Positions 24,713-31,536 of a DNA stretch of 36,864 nucleotides are shown here, piece after piece. The notes under the pieces are model-generated. The model was not told where the DNA came from and made no database searches. It saw only the letters and a program-made list of their open reading frames with translations. How positions within the stretch are numbered: position 1 is the first letter of the stretch; every line of letters starts with the position of its first letter. A program made the translations under genes and the position numbers. The DNA comes from Candidatus Methylomirabilales bacterium (lineage in GTDB: Bacteria > Methylomirabilota > Methylomirabilia > Methylomirabilales > CSP1-5), in NCBI GenBank assembly GCA_046758405.1, contig JBHIAD010000001.1, forward strand, positions 1 through 36,864. The letters run 5' to 3'.

Positions 24713-24980
24713 TCGGTGGTGCCTGGGCCCCCCCCAGGCGGCCACCCTGACTGAAACTGGGGGCCTGGCCTAGGAGGCCACCACCTCACAGATCACCGGA
24801 CATCTACCTATCACGGCTGGATCACCTCCTCTCTCGGCGTACCCGCCCCGCGGGCCCAACTCCCACACCCCCTAACCCGGCCGCCGCGACCGAGCACGGG
24901 TGGCGACCCGCGCCACGCGCCCCCATTGACGCACGCCGCGCACGGGGCCTGTGTGCACCCCGACCGCCGGAGGCATCTTA

Positions 24981-25012
24981 ACCGGGTGAGGCCACCCGGT
25001 CCAGCGTTTTTT
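24981..25012 (+). terminator. Intrinsic-terminator-like hairpin on the plus strand
   Basis: accgggtg / aggc / cacccggt is a perfect 8-bp stem with a 4-nt loop. It is followed by ccagcg and then TTTTTT (25007-25012). No plus-strand gene lies upstream of it. Confidence 0.35.
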
Positions 25013-25095
25013 GAAAGCGGAGACCCCGTCCGTGGCAGGCCGACGGCCCCTGGCATCTGCAGAGGATTCCAAGATCGCGGCTACCCCGGTCAACC

Positions 25096-25500
25096 TCAGC
25101 GTGTGGAGCTGGCCGCCCGCATGCCCACCATGGCCAGCATCCCCGTGATACCCATGAGGCCCAGGACGAGGAGTCGGGAGAGGAGACCTGTGCGATACTG
25201 ATCTGAAGTGAAGACATCCGGGAGATGGAAGAGGCCTGCTCCGATGAACCAGACCAGGCCAACGCCGACGTGGAGCAGGTGCCCCCGTCGGCGGTCGTGG
25301 GCCGACAGCACCAGGGCAATGCCCTGCAGCGCGTACAGGGCGGCGAGCGCTCCGGCCAAGACCGCGTTGGAGAGGCCCAAGGCGGCGGCCTCTCCGTAGA
25401 AGAAATCCTCCGCCGCATGGGGCACCGTGAAGAGATAGCTCACGATTGAAACCGTCAGGACCCCGTAGGCCCGCCTCCGGACCGCCATCAGATCCCCCAC
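25096..25500 (-). CDS. Small integral membrane protein, unknown function (about 4 TM helices)
   Basis: 134 aa with four hydrophobic stretches (VLTVSIVSYLF, VLAGALAALYALQGIALVL, VGVGLVWFIGAGLF, LLVLGLMGITGMLAMV). Overlaps the SDR stop by 13 nt. No motif I recognise. Confidence 0.6.
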   Translation of the reverse strand: MGDLMAVRRRAYGVLTVSIVSYLFTVPHAAEDFFYGEAAALGLSNAVLAGALAALYALQGIALVLSAHDRRRGHLLHVGVGLVWFIGAGLFHLPDVFTSDQYRTGLLSRLLVLGLMGITGMLAMVGMRAASSTR

Positions 25501-26222
25501 GCCCCGCTCACGTGCATGTTCGCCCCATTCACATAGCGCGCGTCGTCAGAGACCAGGAAACGCACCACACCCACGACGTCCTGCACCGAGCCGACGTAGC
25601 CGGCCGGGATCCGTTTCTCCATCGCGTGCAGCTCCTCGGCCGGCGCGCTCCCCGAGTCGACGAACCCCGGGGAGATGGCGTTCACCGTGATCCCGTGCGG
25701 AGCGAGCAGCCGTGCAAGGGAGCGGGTCAGGACCAAGACGCCCGCCTTGGCAATGTAATGGGCCGTGAGCTGGGGCATGGCGACCAGCTGGTCAGCCGTC
25801 GCCATGGCGAAGTTGATGATGCGCCCCCACTTGCGTGTCATCATGCTCGGGGCGACAGCTCGGCTCAGATAGAAGACCGGATGCAGGTTGTTGTCGAACA
25901 TCCTGTGCCACCCGTCAATCGTCTCCTCCAGGAGGTTCACCCGGTGGTATGGGCCAGCCCCGTTGACGAGCAGGTCGATCCGTCCCCAACTCTCTTCAAC
26001 CTGCTTCACCAGCCGCTCCGCCGCCTGGGCGTCCGACACGTCGCACTGAATTGCCAGGGCCTGACTCCCCGCTGCCCGGATCGCCTGTCCGGTCTCCTCC
26101 GCCTCCCGGGCACTTGCTCGGTAGCAGAACGCGATCCCCCAGCCTGCCGCTGCCAGGTCGAGGGCGATCGCCCGCCCAATCCCGCGGGCCCCACCCGTGA
26201 TCAGGGCTACCTGCTCGCTCAT
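25488..26222 (-). CDS. SDR family oxidoreductase (FabG-like)
   Basis: 244 aa. TGGARGIGRAIA (TGxxxGxG), NGAG, and YIAKAG (catalytic YxxxK). The start overlaps the HAD stop (ATGA). Confidence 0.9.
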   Translation of the reverse strand: MSEQVALITGGARGIGRAIALDLAAAGWGIAFCYRASAREAEETGQAIRAAGSQALAIQCDVSDAQAAERLVKQVEESWGRIDLLVNGAGPYHRVNLLEETIDGWHRMFDNNLHPVFYLSRAVAPSMMTRKWGRIINFAMATADQLVAMPQLTAHYIAKAGVLVLTRSLARLLAPHGITVNAISPGFVDSGSAPAEELHAMEKRIPAGYVGSVQDVVGVVRFLVSDDARYVNGANMHVSGAWGI

Positions 26223-26974
26223 CGACCCGTGCCTTCCGTGCGCCTCGGTCTCCCTCGCCGCGAGAACTCTCCGTCATGCGGTGCACCATCGGCAAGGGCG
26301 AACTCCACCACCGCCCCCAGGTCTTTGACCTTCGGGCAGTCCAGGTCGGGCCACACCCCGAGCGGATCGAGCAGCAGGGCCTCCAGCCCCGCGCGACGCG
26401 CGCCGAGGACGTCAACCGAATAGTAGTCGCCCACGTAGACAGCCCGCGACGCCTCGACTCCGGCTTCCCTGAGGGCCATGCGAAAAATCCGGGGATCGGG
26501 CTTTTCCACCCCGACCATACCGGAGTCGACGATCACCTGCAGGAACCCCACCAGCCCGGCGGCCTCGAGGTGGTCCGCGATGCGCCCATCCGAGTTCGAA
26601 ACGACCCCCAGGATGATCCCTTTTCCCCTAAGCGTCGCCAGGGTATCCGCCGCACCCGGGGCCGCCCGACGCCACAGCCCGCGCTCGGAGTTGGCCCGGC
26701 AGAGGTCCCCGAAGACCTCCTCGACTGCACCATTCCACGGAAGGCCCAGCCCTTCGGTGACCATCTCCATGTACCGGCGGAACACGCGAGAAGCTTCGGT
26801 AGCCTGCTGCTCGGCCAGAAAGGGGTCCATCCGGACCCGGGCCCGGATCTCGGCCTCACGAACCTCCTCCGAGGTCCGGGAGATCCCGACCCGCTTGAGG
26901 CGCTCGCTGATGAAGGGATAGTCCAGCTCGAGGAGCGTGTTACCTGCGTCGAAGAGGATCGCCTCGAGGACCAT
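26219..26974 (-). CDS. HAD-superfamily hydrolase, subfamily IA (REG-2-like variant)
   Basis: ILFDAGNTLL (motif I with Gly at the Asp+2 position), VVSNSD (motif II), VEKPDPRIF and YVGDYYSVDVLGARRAG (motifs III/IV). GGAGG RBS. Confidence 0.85.
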   Translation of the reverse strand: MVLEAILFDAGNTLLELDYPFISERLKRVGISRTSEEVREAEIRARVRMDPFLAEQQATEASRVFRRYMEMVTEGLGLPWNGAVEEVFGDLCRANSERGLWRRAAPGAADTLATLRGKGIILGVVSNSDGRIADHLEAAGLVGFLQVIVDSGMVGVEKPDPRIFRMALREAGVEASRAVYVGDYYSVDVLGARRAGLEALLLDPLGVWPDLDCPKVKDLGAVVEFALADGAPHDGEFSRRGRPRRTEGTGR

Positions 26975-27065
26975 GGGGCCTCCGCACTTTCCAACGGCAT
27001 CCCGCCACCACGGCTGGGGAGGGCGGTGGCTGCCCGGTCAATAGGAAGGCGGGAAACCGGCCCCG

Positions 27066-27632
27066 CTACACGTCGATCGCCTCGGGCGGGCGCGTCAGTG
27101 CCATCAGGACTTGGGGAAAGATCTCCTCGGTCCGCTTGCGGAGGTCCTCCGGCCGGAGGTTAGCGATCGGATGGGCGATGGCCACCACCGGATAGGTCGG
27201 CATCCCGAAGTTCTTTGCATGCTGGCGGGCGGCCTGCTTGAATCCCTCGGTCACGATAGTCGCGGTGACCACGCCCCGCCGTTCCAACTCTGCCGCGTCG
27301 CGCAAACTGCCCGACGTGCAGGACCCTCACCCCCCGACCGCGCTCACGACGAGGTCGCACCGCTGGACAAGGCGGTCAATCAGCTCCGGCGGGGCCGCCT
27401 TGGTGTAATACTCCTTCCGCTCCCGAACGACCTCCGCATACTCGAAACGCTCCGCCAGCAGCTCCTCGAGTCGCGCCAAGATCTCATCGGCGCGCTCTTT
27501 GCTGTTGTCGAGGAACCCGATCCGGAGACCGGTCAGCTCGGGATTGCGCGGGGCCAGAGGGAAGGACTCAGTCAGCTCGTCAGCAACGGGCTCTAGGACC
27601 ACGAGTCCAGCGCCCTTACGCTCATAGCTCAT
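27066..27632 (-). CDS. Predicted selenoprotein with a U-G-S-C redox motif (UGSC/GrdB-PrdB-like); in-frame TGA at 27327-27329 read as Sec102
   Basis: Track ORFs 27327..27722 and 27066..27305 share one frame and are separated only by TGA plus 7 sense codons. Joined, they read ..DLVVSAVGG-U-GSCTSGSLRDAAELERRGVVTATIVTEGF... The downstream ORF has no ATG or RBS of its own (the track used TTG). ATG 27632 follows GGGAGG with a 7-nt spacer. A hairpin starts 8 nt after the TGA. Confidence 0.65.
27290..27321 (-). promoter_or_regulatory. SECIS-like hairpin immediately 3' of the in-frame UGA
   Basis: Minus strand: UGA-gggtc-CTGC-a-CGTCG-ggcagtttgcg-CGACG-cg-GCAG. That is 4 bp plus 5 bp separated by a 1x2 internal loop, with an 11-nt apical loop containing GUUU about 19-29 nt after the UGA. 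Confidence 0.4.
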
Positions 27633-27740
27633 CGACACGCCTCCCGTCGGTGTCGAGACTGCACGTCCGGGGGACACCACCCCGCGCGCCATGACCTGGC
27701 GCGCAAATCGGAGCGCGGGCACCGCCCGCTATCACACCTC

Positions 27741-28844
27741 TCATCCCCCGTCGCAACATCCTGCGGTACCCTGGATGGGGACACGTTTGGTGACGACCCG
27801 GCTCCCCAGACCGCCCCAGCCGGGAACGACGAGGGAAAAGCGCCCCTCGCTCCCCCCCGCCACGAAGAGCACCACGTCATCTGGCCGACCGACCACCGGA
27901 ACGAGGGCGTTCGGATCGCTTCGGTCGACCCATTTCGGCCAGTAGCGATCCCACGTCTTGTCACCGAAGTATTCTCCTCCGCGGACGAGGTCTTGTGCCC
28001 GCCGCCGCGCCGTCTCAAAGAGGAACTGTTGCGCGTCCCGCTTACTCCACCCCTCACCGGCCAGGGTCGCCACGTGCTCAGGTCCGAGCACCACCACGAT
28101 CTCGCCGCCACGATACATGTTGCTGTTCCCCATCGTCGCCATGGTATCGGCGATCGTGGTGAGGATCCCCCGGGCCGTCGTCGACATGTGGTCCCCGACA
28201 TTGTGGGGCGCCTCGGCGGCAAAGACGGTCACGGCACTGTCCGTGGACCGCAGGCCTCGCTCCACGTGCAGCGGCTCCCACGGGGAGACCTCCTCGTTCT
28301 CCGCCACGCAGTACGTATATTTCCCCGGGTGGCCGAAGGTGGCCTTGTCGGTCAGGCCGGGAATCCCGCCTCCCAAGTTGACCATACACAACCGTACCGC
28401 GCGGCCGATGGCGGCATTCGCCCGGTTCCCCTGTCCGAAGCAGTTCGCCCCGGTGTTCATCTTGAGCGTCTGCCGGACCGGTCCATTGACGATCAGCAAA
28501 GGTGTGGCGACGTGGGTCGTGGATTGGACGCCATTCAGATTGAAGGCGTCGTCGCCGACCGCCTCAATCGCCGCGACCACCACTGGGAAGTATTCGGGGC
28601 AGCAACCGGCCATGACGGCGTTGACGGCCACCTTCTCCAGGGTTGCGCGACCGTACTTGGGAGGCAGCACTGCCACCACCTCGTCGCCGTCCCGATCAAG
28701 GGTTCGAAGCATCGCCTCTACCCGTTCCTCTGTGGGCGGGATGATCGGCAGGCCATCAGTCCAGCCCCGAGCGTCGAATTGCTCTAGGACATCAAAATAA
28801 TCGGTCACCTCAATCCGTTTTGATCGCAAGAGCAGCGTTTCCAT
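27741..28844 (-). CDS. Conserved-looking hypothetical protein, 367 aa, no domain I can name
   Basis: Long ORF with ordinary, non-shadow amino-acid composition (WTDGLPIIPPTEERVEAML, AVNAVMAGCCPEYFPVV, NGVQSTTHVATPLLIVNGP, ends GTAGCCDGG). ATG 28844 is preceded by AAGGAGA with an 8-nt spacer. Co-oriented with the selenoprotein gene, 108 nt upstream of it. Confidence 0.6.
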   Translation of the reverse strand: METLLLRSKRIEVTDYFDVLEQFDARGWTDGLPIIPPTEERVEAMLRTLDRDGDEVVAVLPPKYGRATLEKVAVNAVMAGCCPEYFPVVVAAIEAVGDDAFNLNGVQSTTHVATPLLIVNGPVRQTLKMNTGANCFGQGNRANAAIGRAVRLCMVNLGGGIPGLTDKATFGHPGKYTYCVAENEEVSPWEPLHVERGLRSTDSAVTVFAAEAPHNVGDHMSTTARGILTTIADTMATMGNSNMYRGGEIVVVLGPEHVATLAGEGWSKRDAQQFLFETARRRAQDLVRGGEYFGDKTWDRYWPKWVDRSDPNALVPVVGRPDDVVLFVAGGSEGRFSLVVPGWGGLGSRVVTKRVPIQGTAGCCDGG

Positions 28845-28886
28845 CAGGATCGTCTCCTTGCGTGACGGTGACATGTACGTTCTTCA

Positions 28887-28915
28887 AGGCTACGCGCCGT
28901 GGCGGCGCGTGTCAA
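28887..28915 (-). promoter_or_regulatory. Sigma-70-type promoter candidate for the 367-aa/selenoprotein operon, with a palindromic spacer
   Basis: Minus strand: TTGACA (28915-28910), a 17-nt spacer cgcgccg-cca-cggcgcg (7-bp inverted repeat), then TAGCCT (28892-28887). Lies about 40 nt upstream of ATG 28844. Confidence 0.4.
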
Positions 28916-29017
28916 GAGCTTCCCGCGCACCGGCGAGGCGAGCTCGGTTTATCCCGCCCCGGTCGGTCCAGACCGCCGTCCGGGAGGAACCGGGCGCGTG
29001 TACCCTGCCGAATCCTG

Positions 29018-29046
29018 TTGACAAGAGGCGGCCGGGACTCTGTAGT
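29018..29046 (+). promoter_or_regulatory. Sigma-70-type promoter candidate for the LarA-like gene
   Basis: TTGACA (29018-29023), a 17-nt spacer, then TGTAGT (29041-29046). GGAGG (29068-29072) and ATG 29079 follow. Confidence 0.4.
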
Positions 29047-29078
29047 GTCAAGTGCACCCCTGCCCGTGGAGGTCCCCA

Positions 29079-30341
29079 ATGGTGACACTGCCCCGCATGG
29101 TCACGGTGCGAGCCAGGCGCCGTGGCCCCGAGCTGAGACAACCGGGTCGGGCCACGGCGCGGGCCCTCAGGAATCTCCCTCTGTCCCCCCGCCTCCGTCC
29201 GGGCCAGCGCGTGGCAGTCACCGCCGGCAGTCGCGGGATTGCCCGTGTGGCCGAGATCACCCGCGGGCTGGTCGACTTTCTCCGCGACCGGGAGGCCGAG
29301 CCCTTCATCATCCCGGCGATGGGAAGCCACGGCGGCGCGACGGCCGAGGGCCAGCGCGCCGTCCTCGCGGAGTACGGAATCACTGAAGCCGCCATGCGGG
29401 TCCCGATCCGCTCCTCCATGGAGGTGATCGAGATCGGCCGCACACCGGAGGGTATCCCGGTCTACCTGGATCGGCACGCGGCCGAGGCGGACCACATCGT
29501 CGTGGTGAACCGGATCAAGCCCCACACCGCTTTCGCCGACCGCTTTGGCAGTGGCCTGATGAAAATGATCGCATTGGGTCTGGGCAAGCACCGTGGGGCG
29601 ATCGCCTGCCACGAGGCCACCATGGCGTACGGCTTCGCTCGAGTCATCACGGCCGTAAGCCAGGTGGTGCTCGCCAAGGCCCCCATTCTCTTCGGCCTGG
29701 CCATCCTCGAGAACAGCCAGGGGGGCCTCGCCGCCGTCTCGGCCATCCCGGCCGAGATCCTCAAGGCCGAGGAGTTAAAGCTCTACCGCAAGGCGGCCCG
29801 GTGGGCGCCTCGGCTCCCCTTCGAGGAGCTCGACCTGCTCATCGTGGAGGAGATGGGGAAGCACGTGGCCGGGACCGGGATGGACACCAACGTGATCGGC
29901 CGGCGGTGCAGCCTCATTGAGCCACCCCCCAAGCGTCCCCGCATCGGTCGGATCTTCGTGCGCGGGCTCAGCCCCGAGACCCGGGGGAACGCCAACGGAA
30001 TCGGCCTCGCCGACTTCACCACGGACCGGGTCTGCGCGATGGTCGACCGGCACGCGACCTACATGAACGCGGTGACCGCGCGGACCCCCGATCATGCTCG
30101 GCTCCCGGTATCCTACCCCACCGACCGAGAGGTCCTCGATGTGGGGCTGCGCACAATCCGGACGCGCAACCCCATGCAGGCCCGCATCCTCCGGATCCAG
30201 AATACCCTGGAACTCAGTCGATTCCAGGTCTCCGAGGCCTTGCTCCCCGAGGTCCGCGCGCGGAGGGACTTGGTGACCGAAGGAGAGCCCGTTTCCCTCG
30301 AGTTCGACGCCGAGGGCTTTCTCCGCCCCTTCCACGCCTGA
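29079..30341 (+). CDS. LarA N-terminal-domain-like (DUF2088-related) protein, function unknown
   Basis: 420 aa. The layout recalls lactate-racemase-like proteins (RVAVTAGSRGIA where LarA has the DxTRP strand; IIPAMGSHGGATAEGQRAVLAEYGIT resembling the LarA xxGTHR segment). This rests on memory of the family, not on a search. I used the start at ATG 29079, after GGAGG. Confidence 0.5.
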   Translation: MVTLPRMVTVRARRRGPELRQPGRATARALRNLPLSPRLRPGQRVAVTAGSRGIARVAEITRGLVDFLRDREAEPFIIPAMGSHGGATAEGQRAVLAEYGITEAAMRVPIRSSMEVIEIGRTPEGIPVYLDRHAAEADHIVVVNRIKPHTAFADRFGSGLMKMIALGLGKHRGAIACHEATMAYGFARVITAVSQVVLAKAPILFGLAILENSQGGLAAVSAIPAEILKAEELKLYRKAARWAPRLPFEELDLLIVEEMGKHVAGTGMDTNVIGRRCSLIEPPPKRPRIGRIFVRGLSPETRGNANGIGLADFTTDRVCAMVDRHATYMNAVTARTPDHARLPVSYPTDREVLDVGLRTIRTRNPMQARILRIQNTLELSRFQVSEALLPEVRARRDLVTEGEPVSLEFDAEGFLRPFHA

Positions 30342-30417
30342 GGGCGGAAGGGGACGTCAGGGCGTCGATCCCGTCTCAGAGACAGAGAGATGCGGGGGAG
30401 GAGTGCCAGGTGCGCGT

Positions 30418-31536
30418 CTACCGCAGGGAGGGCAGCATCGCCTCCCCCATGGCGGCGCTGTCCAGGCCAGGTGGGGCCTCCCTGGGGGCGGTGACGAGCA
30501 TCCCGCAGGCCGCCGAGATGTCCAGGCCACGGCTCTCGCGGATCGTTGCGGTGTAGCCTGCCTCCTGGAGGATCTGCCGGAAGGCGACCACACGCTCCCG
30601 GGGAGGCCGCCGAAAGGGGATCGCGGGGGCCTCGTTCAGCGGTAAGAGATTCACCTTGGCTTGGATCCCTCTGAGCAGTCTGACGAGGCGCTTGGCATCG
30701 GCCGGATGATCGTTGACATCGGCAAGCAGGACGTACTCGAAGGTAACCCGCCGGCGTGGGGGAAGCACGAACTCGCGACAGGCCGCCATCAACTGGTGAA
30801 GCGGGTAGCGAAGGTTAATCGGCATCAACCGGTTCCGGAGCGCATCGGTGGTTGCCGTCAGGGAAACTGCCAGGTTCACGTGGAGGTTGAGGGCGCTGAG
30901 CCGTCGGATCCCAGGGACCAGCCCCACCGTGGACAGGGTGACCCGCCTCGGGGAGAATCCGACCCCCTGGGGGGCCGTCAGGATCCTGAGGGCAGCCACC
31001 GTGTGGTCGTAGTTGGCCAGTGGCTCCCCCATCCCCATAAAGACCAGGTGGGTGACCTGTCTCACTGTATCCAGGGTTTTCTCGAGGGCCAACAACTGGC
31101 CGACAATCTCGCCGGGCGTGAGATTCCGCCTGAGCCCCATGGTGGCGGTCAGACAGAACTGGCATCCCATCCCACAGCCTGCCTGGGTGGAGAGGCAGGC
31201 TGTGAGACGCTTGGCCTCCGGGATCAGGACCGCCTCGATCTCCTCCCCGTCGCGGAGGCGCAAGACTCCCTTCCGCGTGCCATCGGCCGCGCCATCAAGC
31301 CGCGCCACGCTCGGGATTGAGGCGGTGGCGCGCTCCCACAATAGCTCGCGGAGTCGCCGGGGGAGGTCGGTCATCCGGTCAAAGTCCGTTACCCGTCGCT
31401 GATAGAGCCAGCGGAAGAGCTGCCGGCCGTGATAGGCCGGGTAGCACCACTCCAGAACGAGTTGTTCCAGTTCCTCGACGCTCCGGCCGAAGATCTCGAC
31501 CCGCGTCTGCCCCGGCGATCCTCCCCTCGGTGTCAT
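30418..31536 (-). CDS. rlmN: 23S rRNA/tRNA (adenine-C2)-methyltransferase RlmN (radical SAM)
   Basis: 372 aa. YHGRQLFRWLY, CGMGCQFCLT (CxxxCxxC), GMGEPL, and a C-terminal ISAACGML (catalytic Cys). Confidence 0.9.
   Translation of the reverse strand: MTPRGGSPGQTRVEIFGRSVEELEQLVLEWCYPAYHGRQLFRWLYQRRVTDFDRMTDLPRRLRELLWERATASIPSVARLDGAADGTRKGVLRLRDGEEIEAVLIPEAKRLTACLSTQAGCGMGCQFCLTATMGLRRNLTPGEIVGQLLALEKTLDTVRQVTHLVFMGMGEPLANYDHTVAALRILTAPQGVGFSPRRVTLSTVGLVPGIRRLSALNLHVNLAVSLTATTDALRNRLMPINLRYPLHQLMAACREFVLPPRRRVTFEYVLLADVNDHPADAKRLVRLLRGIQAKVNLLPLNEAPAIPFRRPPRERVVAFRQILQEAGYTATIRESRGLDISAACGMLVTAPREAPPGLDSAAMGEAMLPSLR

Noticed and set aside
24507-25093. Small ORFs (66-91 aa) inside the 24.5-25.1 kb gap, and the 14-codon ORF after the super-SD sequence
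   Set aside because: The translations are R/P/G/W-rich with no start context except for the 14-codon ORF. That ORF is too short to support from sequence alone. The region is treated as non-coding.
24511-25095. Possible RNase P RNA, tmRNA, SRP RNA, 6S RNA, tRNA or cobalamin riboswitch in the gap
   Set aside because: I looked on both strands for the hallmark strings (GAGGAAAGTCCGGGC and ACAGAA.CCGGCTTA; GGTTCGA.TCC T-loops and a CCA end; AGGTCCGGAAGGAAGCAGCC; a B12 box). None was found beyond weak partial resemblances such as ggcataacgcctg. An Rfam scan is still needed.
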